Assembly: GCF_001186125.1 (NCBI RefSeq)
Contig: NW_014040301.1
Span: 5,889-51,096 of the forward strand
Reading direction: 5' to 3'
Source of the DNA: Sphaeroforma arctica JP610
Lineage: Eukaryota
Length of the DNA: 45,208 nucleotides
Shown here: piece after piece, positions 1 through 13,991 of the stretch
Layout of the letters: each line of letters opens with the position of its first letter
How positions within the stretch are numbered: position 1 is the stretch's first letter
Notes under the pieces: generated by a model
Told to the model about the DNA's origin: nothing
The model's database searches: none
Seen by the model: only the letters and a program-made list of their open reading frames with translations
Position numbers and translations under genes: made by a program

Positions 1-4
1 TATA

Positions 5-35
<31 letters not shown>

Positions 36-36
36 G

Positions 37-67
<31 letters not shown>

Positions 68-186
68 CACATATACATACTATTGTATGTGTGTGTATAT
101 GTGTAAGTGAGTGAGAGAGAAAGAGAGAGAGTGTGTGTGTGATGTGTGTGTGATGTGCGTCTGGTTTGTAAGTTTGTCTTGTATGA

Positions 187-254
<68 letters not shown>

Positions 255-298
255 GTGTGTGTGTATATGTGTGTATGTGTGTGTGTTTTTGTTTGTAC

Positions 299-342
<44 letters not shown>

Positions 343-847
343 ATATATATATATGTGTGTGTGTTATATATATATATATATATATATATAATACAATATC
401 GTGTGAGCAGGGATGTACGTGTGTATGTTTTTAGGTCTTCGTGTGTGTGTGTGTATGTTTGTGTGTGAGAGAGAGTGTGTGTGTTGTATGTACTTGTGTT
501 TGTAGTGTTTTGTGTGTGCGTGGGTTTATTTTGTTGTATGTGTATTTGTAGTTTTATATGTATACGTTAGTAGTGTTGCGTGTATGTATGTTTGTAATAT
601 TCAGTGTGTGCATGCTGTTGAGAGAGAGAGTATGTGTGCGTGTATGTGTGTGTGTATGGGCTTATATCCGTACATCCCTACAAAACACCCCATGCTGGAG
701 AGTGTATCCATACACGTGTGTACCTCTGTATACGGCCGTGTTTGCTAAAGTCCTTATATACACTTCAACCAAACTAATACGTATGTGAGACCGCTCTGCC
801 GTACACCACCATCGCGTATCTGTGTACTCAACTACAGTATAAACTAC

Positions 848-977
848 CTTTGATGCAATTAGGTCCACTGTTGAGCGATAAGAACGCATGTCCCTCCACA
901 GGTTGCGACCCTTGGATAACCTTGCTAGTTAATTTGACGTGGAAGTCGTTGAACTCCGGATACGGAATGTTAGGCAT
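848..977 (-). CDS. Possible coding exon of an unidentified minus-strand gene continuing off the left edge
   Basis: Non-repetitive open stretch MPNIPYPEFNDFHVKLTSKVIQGSQPVEGHAFLSLNSGPNCIK ending in AAG|GTAGTT and followed by intron-like microsatellite DNA; a CAG lies just upstream of the ATG. No family recognised. Confidence 0.3.
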
Positions 978-2221
978 ATTGCTAGCCTGTTTCCGCAACC
1001 CCAGCTGTGTGTATGTATCGATTACGTACAAATGATGGTGTGGTTGCAAATGCGTAGTAAATACGTATTTGCTTTTATATACAATTACTATTGTGTGATA
1101 TTGATGATTCATAAATACACCTATATTTATTTAGTTTATATTTGTGTGATTAGTGTTTACTGTATTGATGTAGTTGAAATCTCATATCTCTCTCTAGCAA
1201 CTGGGCCCTGGGGTGATCCTTTCTGATGATCGCAGGGTTTTACTGTTTTAGGTTTTACTGTTTTAGGCTATACTGTTTTAGGCCCTCTCTAGGGTTCAAG
1301 GTCCCCACTAATTAATTAATCAAGGCCTCCTAACTATTTAGTCCTTCACATACAAATACGTCTATTTATAATGTAGCATAGCTGTTTCATATTAGGAGAC
1401 AATTTGTAGGTAGTCTGAATAGTTCATCTCTATTCAAGGTAAATACATAACAGATACATCCCGATTCGAGAAACCTCTATGTATTCTTTAGGTACAGTAC
1501 ACTTTGACGCTATATCCCATTCCACAGTCTCCTCCGCTCTGGTAGAGTGATCGCCATCCATTCTCGTGTGCCCTGACATTCTGTTCTTTCTCATTACACC
1601 GCTCACGGTTGAAGAATCCCGTGTAGTCCACAGTGGGCCGGCCCATGCAAGAAGACCGCCAGAGGCTACTACAGCAACAACATACCGTAGAGTTTGTGCC
1701 GATACTTGGTATTCTCGTCGACTACTGTACGTGTGTACTATAGGTTATCTTTATAGCGCAGTGATGAAAGCAAAAGTAAACAGAGTCATCCCACCTTGTG
1801 TCGCTATACTGTGAGCGATGACCAACTCGTCTCTATTTAGAGAGTTTTTTGTAATAGCCTACTACAATACTTCAATTTACATCACTCTGAAATTCTATAC
1901 TATTTGAATCGGCATTCTGAATTCTGACGTCATGTACGAATAAATTTGGCTCAAAAAAAATCTGGGGAGAACCGCTCACAGTCAAACCTCCCATGTGACG
2001 CTAAAACAAAAATAATGTGTATACAAAAAAATATGTGTCACTACTACATACGCTAACTGTCTTGGGTCTCTTGCTACTAAAGCTAAAATTATTTAATAGT
2101 CGTTTGTAAATTTTGCATCTATATACTATAGTAGAGCAATATAGCATAACAACGTAGTATAGCAAGTATTTGATCCCGCTTACGCAGATAATTATAGAGC
2201 GTATTGCTTTTTGGATCGGAT

Positions 2222-3207
2222 ATGGCTGAGACTAAGCCCAAGGCCAATGCGGTCGAGATGGATGAGGAATCACAGCGCAAGTACGATCTAGTACGGTCGA
2301 TAGGCGAAGAGTGTATCCAGGAGAGTGAGCTCAAGAACCTTATACTTAAGAAGCCTGGGTTCCGATTGTACGATGGTTTTGAGCCATCGGGCCGCATGCA
2401 CATTGCACAGGGAGTGTTCAAGGCTATGAACGTCAATAAATGCACCGCTGCGGGGGTATGTATGTCTTTTGAGTGCTGCTTGTAGATGTAGACAAGTGAC
2501 ATTGTGACACGCACTACGCCATATGAAAGTGTGTTTATGTGTGTTATGAATGGGAGATGTTGTGTGCGATTAATTCTCTGTGTACATATAAGATCATCAG
2601 GCACTTAAGGGGGAACAACTTGCCTGTATACACGCATCAATGTGGTACGCTTTCGCCACTAAGGTTGGCGTTTTGTGATTGTTTCGATTATTATGAGCGT
2701 TTTAGTTAGCTCGAATACATAGGGCTGGATCACATTATATCGCATAGGATTTGTTTCAAATTCTAGTATTATTATAGCACGTGTATTTGTGTGTGTGTGT
2801 GTATAAGTATGTAGTTATATATATATATATATATTCATTATGAATACATACATGTATATGTATATGTATATATATATATATAATATATATATATATATAT
2901 CTATATATATATATATATATATATGCATATACGAATACATTTTTGTACATATACATATATATATACATATATGTGTGTGTGCTGTATATCACACATATCC
3001 ACTCTGTTCCCGCTTTTGTGTACAAATATGAATTGGTATAAACAAGTCGCGTGTGCTTAAAAATGTATCCTTCGTGTGACTACTCTATATGCCTTTGCGT
3101 ACATCTATCTGCATGTACATATCTGTTCTGAATTCCTTCTATAGCCTTTTCAGCGTATAAGTATGTGCGGTAGTACACCAATATATGCATAGAAATGCAT
3201 ATACATG

Positions 3208-3240
<33 letters not shown>

Positions 3241-6200
3241 ACAATATATATATATATATTTATATATATATATATATATATCCCAGCATCCCCACTTTGT
3301 ACTTGCATGTCTACGATGTTAGCTACATTCTCATATCCCCTAGAATCAGCCCTAGAACCCCCTCGTACCCCCCCCATCCTCACCCACCCCCTACACCCCA
3401 CAACAGGGCACCTTCGTCTTCTGGGTGGCTGACTGGTTTGGTCTGATGAATGATAAGATGGGTGGTGATCTGGATAAGATCAAGGTGGTAGGCGAGTACT
3501 TCATTGAGGTGTGGACGGGTGCGGGGATGGATCTCAGTAACGTGGAGTTCCGCTGGGCTAGCGATGGCATTGTGGGCAATGCGGCATCGTACTGGCCACA
3601 GGTGATGGATGTGGCCCGATGTTTCTCGGTGACTAGGTGTGTGTGTGGATGTGGGTGTGGATGTGGATGTGGGTGTGGATGTGAATGTGTGTGTGGATGT
3701 AGGTGTGTTTATGTGTAAAAGTATGTGTGTGAATGCGTGTGTGGATGTAGGTGTTTGTGTGGGTGTGTGTGTGAATATAGGTGTGTTTATGTGTAAAAGT
3801 ATGGGTGTGGATATGTGTGTTTATGTGCGTTTGGATGTATGTGTGTGAATGTAGGTGTATATATATGTAGGTGATGTGTGTGTCTTTGAATCTGTGTGTG
3901 AATGTAGGCGTGTTTGTGTATATCTGAATATAGATGTATTTGTATATAGGTGATGTGTGTGTGTGAATGCAGGTGCATTTGTATTCAGGTGAATGTGTAT
4001 ATATATGTTTATGTATATCTGAATGTAGGTGCATTTGTATATAGGTGATGTGTGTGTGAATGCATATATATTTGTATTCAGGTGAAAGTATATATATATA
4101 TATGTATGTATATCTGAATGCAGCCACCTACCCGTTCACCCTATCTCTAACTGCCGTGTACCACTCACACACTCTCTCTCTACCCAGAATCAACAAGTGT
4201 TGTCAGATAATGGGCCGTAAGGAAGGTACCTTGACGGCTGCACAGATTCTTTATCCGCTCATGCAGTGTTCGGATATCTTTCATCTGAGGGCTGACATCT
4301 GTCAGTTGGGCGTGGATCAGCGCAAAGTCAACATGCTCGCCAGGGAGTACTGTGACGCCTCCAAGCGAAAGCTCAAACCGGTGGGTGGGTGTTACTGTAA
4401 ATGTGACTGTGACTGTAACTGTAAATGCAAATATATCTGTAAATGTAAATGTAAAATTATTTGTATAGTGTGTGTGTATGTGTAACTGTAAATGTATCTG
4501 TAAATGTAAATGTAAATGTAACTAACTATAAATGTACCTAAATATAAATGTAACTGTAAATGTAAATGTAAATGTAACTAACTGTAAATGTACCTAAATA
4601 TAAATGTAACTGGAAATGTAAATGTAACTGTAAATGTAAAAAAAATTGGTATTGTGTGTGTGTGTGTGTGTGCCTATAGATTTCTATCTTGGTGTAGTTA
4701 CGAGTACTTTTGCTCGTACTAATAGTGCTTGTTTGTTTACATCTGTGTCTATGTTTGTGTATGTACATAGTACTAATAGTGCTTGTTTGTTTACATCTGT
4801 ATCTATGTTTGTGTATGTACATATACCTGCCATGGGCGTAGTGTGTCGAGCAAAGTGTGTGCATACGTTTACCCGTGGTTACCTTTCACCTGTGACGTGG
4901 CCCCTATCCCGCACGGGGACCGTTAGTTGGTTGTGTGTTGCCGTGTCGATTGATTAAACATGCCCAAATGGCCATAACACACACTCTAGCTTCATCAACA
5001 TACACACAAGTAGCAATAACACACACTCTAGCTTCATCAACAGACACACAAATAGCAATAACACACTCTTGAGCTCCATAAACATGCACACAAATAGCAA
5101 TAACATACACTCTAGCTTCATCAACATACATATAAATAGCAATAACACACACTCTAGCTTCATCAACATACACACAAATAGCAATAACACACTCTAGCTT
5201 CATCAACATACACACAAATAGCAATAACACACACTCTAGCTTCATCAACATACACACAAATAACAATAGCACACACTTGAGCGCCATGAACATACACACA
5301 AATAGCAATAACACACACTTGAGCGCCATAAGCATACGCACAAATAGTATACCTGTGCATATCCCCGTGGCAACCGTGTGGGGGTGTCCTTTTTTGTACC
5401 CACATATTGGGTACTCTCACGTGACGTGGTAGTGTGTGTTACCTGTGTTGTTTTCGTGTGTGCAGGTGATTGCGTTATATCACAGGTTGTGTGCTCTCAC
5501 GTGATGTAGTGGTGTGTCTGACCTGTGTTGCTTCCTTCTTGTAGGTGATACTGTCGCATCACATGATGTATGGTCTGCTAGAGGGCCAGGAGAAGATGTC
5601 CAAATCAAACCCCGACAGCGCTATATTCGTAGAAGATCAGAGGGAAGACATACTGCGCAAGATCAACCAGGTGAGTGTGAGGTAATAGTAATAGCAGACA
5701 GCACACAACACATATAATAGTAAACAGTAACATGTGAACTCAATAGTAAACAGTACACAATACACACTACAGTAAACAGTACACACTACACACCATAGTA
5801 AACAGTACACAATACACACTATAGTAAACAGTACACACTACACACCATAGTAAACAGTACACAATACACACTATAGTAAACAGTACACAATACACACTAT
5901 AGTAAACAGTACACATACACACTATAGTAAACAGTACACAATACACACTATAGTAACAGTACACAATACACACTATAGTAAACAGTACACAATACACACT
6001 CTAGCAAATAGTACACTATACACACTATAGTAAACAGTACACAATACACACTATAGTAAACAGTACACAATACACACTATATTACACAGTACACAATACA
6101 CACTATAGTAAACAGTACACAGCACAATAGTAAACTGTACACAATAGACTCTATAGTAAGCAGTACACAATACACACTATAGTAAACAGTACACAATACA

Positions 6201-9200
6201 CACTATAGTAAACAGTACACAATACGCACTATAGTAAACAGTACACAGCACAATAGTAAACTGTACACAATAGACTATAGTAAACAGTACACAATAAACT
6301 CTATAGTACACACTACACAATACACACAGTAGCAAACAGTACACAGCACAATGATAGACAGTAACCTGTGAACTCAATAGCGAACAGTACACAGGAACTC
6401 AGTAGCATGTGCCTAGTGTGGCTAATGTGCTTTAGAGTGCAATTCATGTGTTAGTTGTATGTGGTGCGTGTTGTATACGTTCCGCAGAGTGTCTGAATGT
6501 AGATGGCCATGGGTTGGTGGGCATATCCTGTGATGGATGTAGGAAGGTGGAGTGAGGCAAGCGCAGTAAACTATAGAGTGACTGTGGGAGACGAGGGTGT
6601 GGTAGTAGCATGTCTGTGATAAGTAGCTTAGAGATACGATGGACAGTAATAAGGCAGGCGTGTATTGAATTCGGGGTGGGTGCACGGTGTAAATGATAGT
6701 ATGCGTGTGTATAAGTACAAATCATCTATGGCATTTTAATGAGTTTAAGATGTACATGATAATGTGTGTGTATAAGTACACATCATATATGGCATTTTAC
6801 TGAATTTAAGATATATATGATAGTATAAGTGTATGTAATTATACACCATACATTACATTTTAACGGGTTCAATATGTATATGGTAATATACGTATATATA
6901 ATTACACACCATACATTACATTCTACCGAGTTCTGGCACCACCAACCCACCTATATCGCGTGTCGCCTACATGCGCTCGGTGTACTTACTTGTCCTACAT
7001 CAATCGTCTGGTTCTTAGGCGTACTGTCCATTAAAATCTACCGGAAAGGGCGTCGACACAACTGCCGAGTATACCATGCGACTCAAGGAAGACGACCTGC
7101 AGAACCCCTGCTTTGACTATCTAGAAAACATCGTGTTCAACAAGCCAGACCCATCCATCACCATGGGAGGGCAAACCTACACGTATGTGAGTAGTGCCAT
7201 TGTAACGGAGCTATATATATATATATATTTATATGGCAATGTATGTATCTACAAAAGTATACGTGGTTTTGAGGTCGGAGTGTGGGCACAGAAGATACCC
7301 ACTACACACAGACTTGCGGTGCATGCACTATTTCCATATGTGTCTGCGTGTGTGTATTTGTGTACGAATGTCTTATAATGAGCGCATATGTTTATATATA
7401 TATATATATGCGTGTGTGTGTGTATTCCCTTCTGTTTGCCTTGTGTGTTACTGTTGTAGGCCCTGTGTGAATTTTCGGTCGGTATATGGGCAGTAGGGTG
7501 GTGACATGTACATATACATACACATATACATATACATAAACTGTTGCGCCCAGGCATGTACATGGAGATCCTCTTCTACTATTGGGTAGTGTTACGTAGT
7601 CATAACCGTCTCCAAAGACCTCTCGGTTCACTCATCCTTCCATATATTGTATGACATACCCACTTAGCTCGTGCTTGTGTATTTACATGCGCATATACCC
7701 GTGCGCCTTATTGTCACAGGTACAAACTGATCCTGCTAACTTACTAAACATGTCTGTTCATCCCTCGCTTCTCCTTCCTATAACCACCACGCACACGTAC
7801 AGGACCTTTGAGAGCGCGCGAGATGCGGTGGTTAATGCAGACGTCAGTGAAATAGACTTCAAGGCTGCACTGGGCGATGCGGTGGACGGAGCTATCAAAC
7901 CCATCAGAGACCACTTCAGAGACAGTGACAAGGCCAGGGTGTGTGGGGGATGCTTGCTTGCACGTCTACAGTGTTCATGTACTTATACACGTATGTATGT
8001 GTTATGTATATATATATGTGTGTGTGTGTGTGCGTGTGTGTGTGTATGTGTGTGTATTGGCGTCGCTGTAGATACATGTCTGTAGTTTTGTGTATATATT
8101 CATGTATATATTCTTACAGGCATTCGCTATACAATGCGTTTGCCGGAGCCATCGAACCCATCAGAGATCACCTCACAGACAGCCACAATGCCAGCGTATG
8201 TGGAGAGTGCTCTTCTGAACATCAACAGCGTGTACATGGACGTTCAATCACGTGTACACACGCTGGTGCATTACTATGTATATCTGTAGCTGTTAGTGTC
8301 GAGATGCATGTGTATACGCGTAAAAAATTACATGTATATATGCGCACATGATGCATGTGTATATGCATATATGATACATAGTGTATATGCGTATATGATA
8401 CATAGTGTATATGCGCACATGATACATGTGTATATGCGTACATGATGCATGTGTATATGCGTATATGATACATAGTGTATATGCGCACATGATACATGTG
8501 TATATGCATATATGATACATAGTGTATATGCGTATATGATACATAGTGTATATGCGCACATGATACATGTGTATATGCGTACATGATACATGTGTATATG
8601 CATATATGATACATGGTGTATATGCGTATATGATACATAGTGTATATGCGCACATGATACATGTGTATATGCGTACATGATACATGTGTATATGCGTACA
8701 TGATACATGTGTATATTCGTATATGATACATAGTGTATATGCGCACATGATACGTGTGTATATGCGTACATGTCTGTGCTAGGCGACGCTGTTGTCACAG
8801 CCATTCAATCCCTCAGAGACCACATCCGGACAGCAACAGCGACAGGGTGTATATCTATGATGTGTATGTGTGTATACACAACCACGTACGTAAGTGTGTG
8901 AATGCGCCTGTGTACATTCTATCTGTTCATACACAAGCCCATAAACACGTAGGCGTACAGCTTAACTTAATTACAAGACCCATGCACCCTATCTCAAGTA
9001 TGTATCCATATCTCTGGTTCCGGCTGCAGACTCTTTTAGAGACAATCCAGGGCTACAAAAACGAAACAGGCGCACCTGCGAAGAAATCAACGCGCAGACT
9101 GGCGCTGTCGACTGGGCAGGACGCAGTGTTTATGGTGTACGCACCCTTTGCGAGCTATGAATACACGATGGAGGTGTGGTTTTGTGTGGGTGTGGGATAT

Positions 9201-12200
9201 GGTAGGTCTGTAGTGTGCGTGTTTATTTGTCGTGTTCGTGTGTATTACTGGCTCGCTGTCTTAGTGTGTATGTTTGTTTTCGATGAGTATGTGTTATTGT
9301 CTGTATGGAATATATATCTATATCTGTATCTATATCTATATATTGCTATATAAGGAATGCACTTCACTCAACCAGGGCTTTTCAACATCACAGACAATAT
9401 ACCTTGCAATGCGATATTACACAGAGAAACATATCATTGACAATATTGCTATACAATTTACACCCTATTCTCAATCAACACTATACGCCCTTCAAGGTTA
9501 CTTGCCACTTGCAGGTGCGGCTATAACTACCAATTCTTNNNNNNNNNNNNNNNNNNNNNNNNNNNNNNNNNNNNNNNNNNNNNNNNNNNNNNNNNNNNNN
9601 NNNNNNNNNNNNNNNNNNNNNNNNNNNNNNNNNNNNNNNNNNNNNNNNNNNNNNNNNNNNNNNNNNNNNNNNNNNNNNNNNNNNNNNNNNNNNNNNNNNN
9701 NNNNNNNNNNNNNNNNNNNNNNNNNNNNNNNNNNNNNNNNNNNNNNNNNNNNNNNNNNNNNNNNNNNNNNNNNNNNNNNNNNNNNNNNNNNNNNNNNNNN
9801 NNNNNNNNNNNNNNNNNNNNNNNNNNNNNNNNNNNNNNNNNNNNNNNNNNNNNNNNNNNNNNNNNNNNNNNNNNNNNNNNNNNNNNNNNNNNNNNNNNNN
9901 NNNNNNNNNNNNNNNNNNNNNNNNNNNNNNNNNNNNNNNNNNNNNNNNNNNNNNNNNNNNNNNNNNNNNNNNNNNNNNNNNNNNNNNNNNNNNNNNNNNN
10001 NNNNNNNNNNNNNNNNNNNNNNNNNNNNNNNNNNNNNNNNNNNNNNNNNNNNNNNNNNNNNNNNNNNNNNNNNNNNNNNNNNNNNNNNNNNNNNNNNNGT
10101 TGCGGTATCTACAGGTATCCCACCAGATACGATAATCGCTCAGTAGAGACACACGAGCTGAACCGAATGTTTACGCCATCACAGGCATGTTTGCCACCTT
10201 TCGCATGCGATACCAGCTGCATTCACCCTTGTTGCCATATACCTACACCTTCCACTCAATCACTACTACACTCTGTTATAAGCATCCTTACCACCTTTCG
10301 CATGCGATATCAGCTACATTCACCCTTGTTGCCATATACCTACACCTTCCACTCACTCTCTACCACACTCTCATCCCAAGCTTTCTTGCCACTTGCAGAC
10401 GCGATATTAGTTATATATACACCTACACCTTCCACCCACTCACTCTCTACCACACTCATCCCAGGCTTTCTTGCCACTTGCAGACGCGATATTTGTTATA
10501 TATACACCTACACCTTCCACCCACTCACTCTCTACCACGCTCTCATCCCAGGCTTTCTTGTTGCAGATGTGATATTTGCTATATATACACCTACACCTTC
10601 CACCCACTCACTCTCTATCACACTCTTGTCCCAGGCTTTCCTGCCACTTGCCGAGGCCATGAGCAGCGCGCCGGTAGACAGCCAGTGCATTCTGTGGCTG
10701 CCAGATTGGGCGTCGAAGTGTCAGAACAAAATGGAGGGTGACCTGAAGGTCATTGCCCAGTGCTACGCCGTTCTGGTTGAGGTTAGGAGCATGCGATGAA
10801 TTCGTATCAATTTGTGTGGTTAGGGTTATAACTTACTGTCTATGCGTGTGGGAAGGTCCTTATAGTCGCACTCGTGTGCATGGACGTGTATTGTTGTGTA
10901 GTTACACACTACTAGTTGCTACGTTTCCTTTTTGTTCGGATTATTGCGAACCAGATCTTCCGTTGCTCTATACATGTGCCTTTGTTTACGCATTCTAGTG
11001 TGTAAGTGTGTATAGTCACTCTTGTGTAATCCATCAGCCGTACTGTGATTCCTACCCCCTCGTATGTACATGCGCACATGTGCGTGTGCAAGAACTCGCA
11101 CTTGTTCGTCCTCCGCCGTTATGCCTGCCTCTCTTCGCCTTCCCACTCAGACGTACAACCAACTCATTCCCTCACGTCTGACCTTCCCCCCCCCCCCAAC
11201 TTAACTCTACCTATACCGCGGCTATAGACTCTGCGCGCGTTCTTACCTGCCGCGACCTTCGAGCGGTTTGAAGTTCTGTTCCAAAGCCACGGCATCTTGC
11301 GCGATGCAAGCAACTACTGGTTGAGTGCTATCAATGTGGGCCGATCACTGACGGTCACCGATATCCTCACAGGACAGGTAGGCACGCGCTTACCTACAGG
11401 TGCATGTCTGTAGATGTGTGGTTATGCTCACACGTGTATATATATATGTATTTATATTTATATATATATATGTATATATATATTAAAATATGCGTCACGG
11501 GTTTCTACGTGTATCTACAGTTGCTGTAGGTGTATGTATGTCTGTGAAGTGATTGGGCTTGTATGTATTGGTTGGTGCGATAGGTAACAATCCTGCTTGT
11601 CGTGGCATCTCTTCTGGCATCTTAGTTGTAGAGTCTTTTCGTCGCCAGGCTAGTTCGTAGGCGGAGCCATGCAGCACCTTCAAATGTCGAGTAGCCACGC
11701 CTGGGTCAAAAGTGCAGTACATCTAACCACACGTACGCACTCACACCCCTATGATTGCCCATAGTCGGTGCACCACTCCCCCCCCCCCCCCCAACCACAC
11801 ACACACACATTTGCCCGCACGCCCACATCCTTCACTCTCTACCACAATCCCCAACTATGTCTCGCATTCATCCATTTATCCCGTATAGTCCTATGATTTG
11901 GTATTCTGGCCTTTATCACTCTCCTATTAACTCCTACATTCACCCATTCCTATGCTATTTCATTTTGCCATTTATCTCTATGTCTACCCATACCCCTTCG
12001 CCCACCACCCATCCCACCCCCTTCTTCCCTCTCATCCAGGGTGACGATGAGAGTTGTGCCGGTTTAATCGTCGCGTCGCTGATGTTTGTTGCTGATACCA
12101 TGGGTGTTGCGGGTGATTCTTGTACTGTGAGTGTACCGGCAGAGCTCAAGGTTATGGGTGACATTGCCCACAAATACATCACAGGCCTGGACGATCCCGC

Positions 12201-13960
12201 AGTGGTGGCGCCGAGAGTAGCCGTGCGCGAGGGTGCGGATCTGTATCTCAGAGAGGAGTTGGAATCTGGCCTGAAGAACCAGGTGGGTGTGTTTTAGAGT
12301 TTAGGAGTTTGCCGTGTGCGTGTGTGGTTCGTGTGCTTTTGGTGTCTGTCTGTGGTTTCATGTCTGCATATATGTACACGTATTTGTGACTCCCAATGTG
12401 TAAGGTATTACTCATGTGTCTGTCTGTGGTTTCTGTCTGCATATATATACATGTGTCTGCATATATGTACACGTTTTTGTGGCTCCCAGTGTTCTCGGTA
12501 TTTTTAGGTAGTGTTCATGCGCATCTAGTGTTAGAGTATTATCCATGCGCATATAGTAGTAAGGTACTATCCATACGCATATAGTGCTAGAGTATTATCC
12601 GTACGTACACTATACAACCAGGCACACGCATGCACGTACACTATACAGGCGAATGCGCCTACCAATGTTATATCACAACACGCAGGCGTTAAGCCATCTC
12701 GCGTAGCATATGTGAAAACTCGCACAGACTATACGAAAGCCTGCACTCAAAAATCACCATACATTCACACGCACATATATATGATCCAAGCCTAGACTAA
12801 TATTACACACGCACACCCCATCCACCTTAGGACTATACTAACATTACTTAGGACGATACTTACATTACATACACACACCCCATCCACCTTAGGACAATAC
12901 TAACATTACACACACACACACCATCCACCCTTAGGACGCCATTCTGTTCCTAATGGATACGCAGATTGAGCTGCCGCGCAAGTTCAAGCGGGCGTTCTGT
13001 GAGCCGCAGAATGTGACGTTCTGTCCGTTGCTGTCGGTTGTGCGTGACATTGTGTTGCCTCAGTCGGGTGCGCTCGTGATCAGCCGCTCGGCGGAGAATG
13101 GAGGCGATATCGAGTACACGACCTACGACAGTCTTGAGGCGGATTACGGTATGTGTATAGGGGAATTGGGTGATGGGGTGACAGGGTGTGACAGTTGTCG
13201 TGGGTGATGATTGTGTGGGTATGTGGGGATTGGTTGGTGGGGTGAAAGGGTGTGACAGTTGTCGTGGGTGATGTTGGTATGTGTATAGGGAGATTGGGTG
13301 ACAGGGTGTGACAGTTGTCGTGGATGATGATTGTGTGGAGATTGGGTGACAGGGTGTGACAGTTGTCGTGGGTGATGATTGTGTGGGTATGTGGGGATTG
13401 GGTGATGGGGTGAAAGGGTGTGACAGTTGTCGTGGGTGATGATTGGGTGGGTATGTGGGGATTGGGTGACAGGGTGTGACAGCTGTCGTGGGTGATGATT
13501 GTGTGGGGATTAGGTGATGGGGTGACAGGGTGTGACAGTTGTCGAAGGTGTTTGCTGCTCGTTTATATTGGCGTGAGAGAGGGTGTGTGTGTATCTGATG
13601 CTACCCATGTACAAGAGAAGTGTGAATTTATCTATTTGATAGCATTGTCGAGTACGATGCGCTTGGAGATATATGTATGTATATATGTACATATATATAT
13701 ATGTATGTACATATATATATATATACTGGGATAGAGCACTGACAGTATCACCACTTTTCTATACTGCAGCCTCTGCTAAATTGCACCCCGGCGATCTTAA
13801 GCCAGCCGTACAGAAGGCGTACCTCGCCATCGTCGATCCATTATTGAAGTGCTTCAAAGAGAATCCTATGGCTAAAAAGGCCGTGGGAGATGTGAAGGTG
13901 TGTGTACCAATATTATATATATATATGTATGTCTGTGCCTGTGCCTGTGCCTGTGTCAAT

Positions 13961-13991
<31 letters not shown>

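Noticed and set aside
1..660. Long YIYI/VCVC ORFs here and at ~2750-3280, 3633-4127, 8222-8804, 15752-16201, 20244-21118 and 22693-23240
   Set aside because: Translations of (TA)n/(TG)n microsatellites, minisatellites or N gaps; not coding.
2320..2340. ELR chemokine-mimic motif known from Leishmania TyrRS
   Set aside because: The equivalent position here reads ELK.
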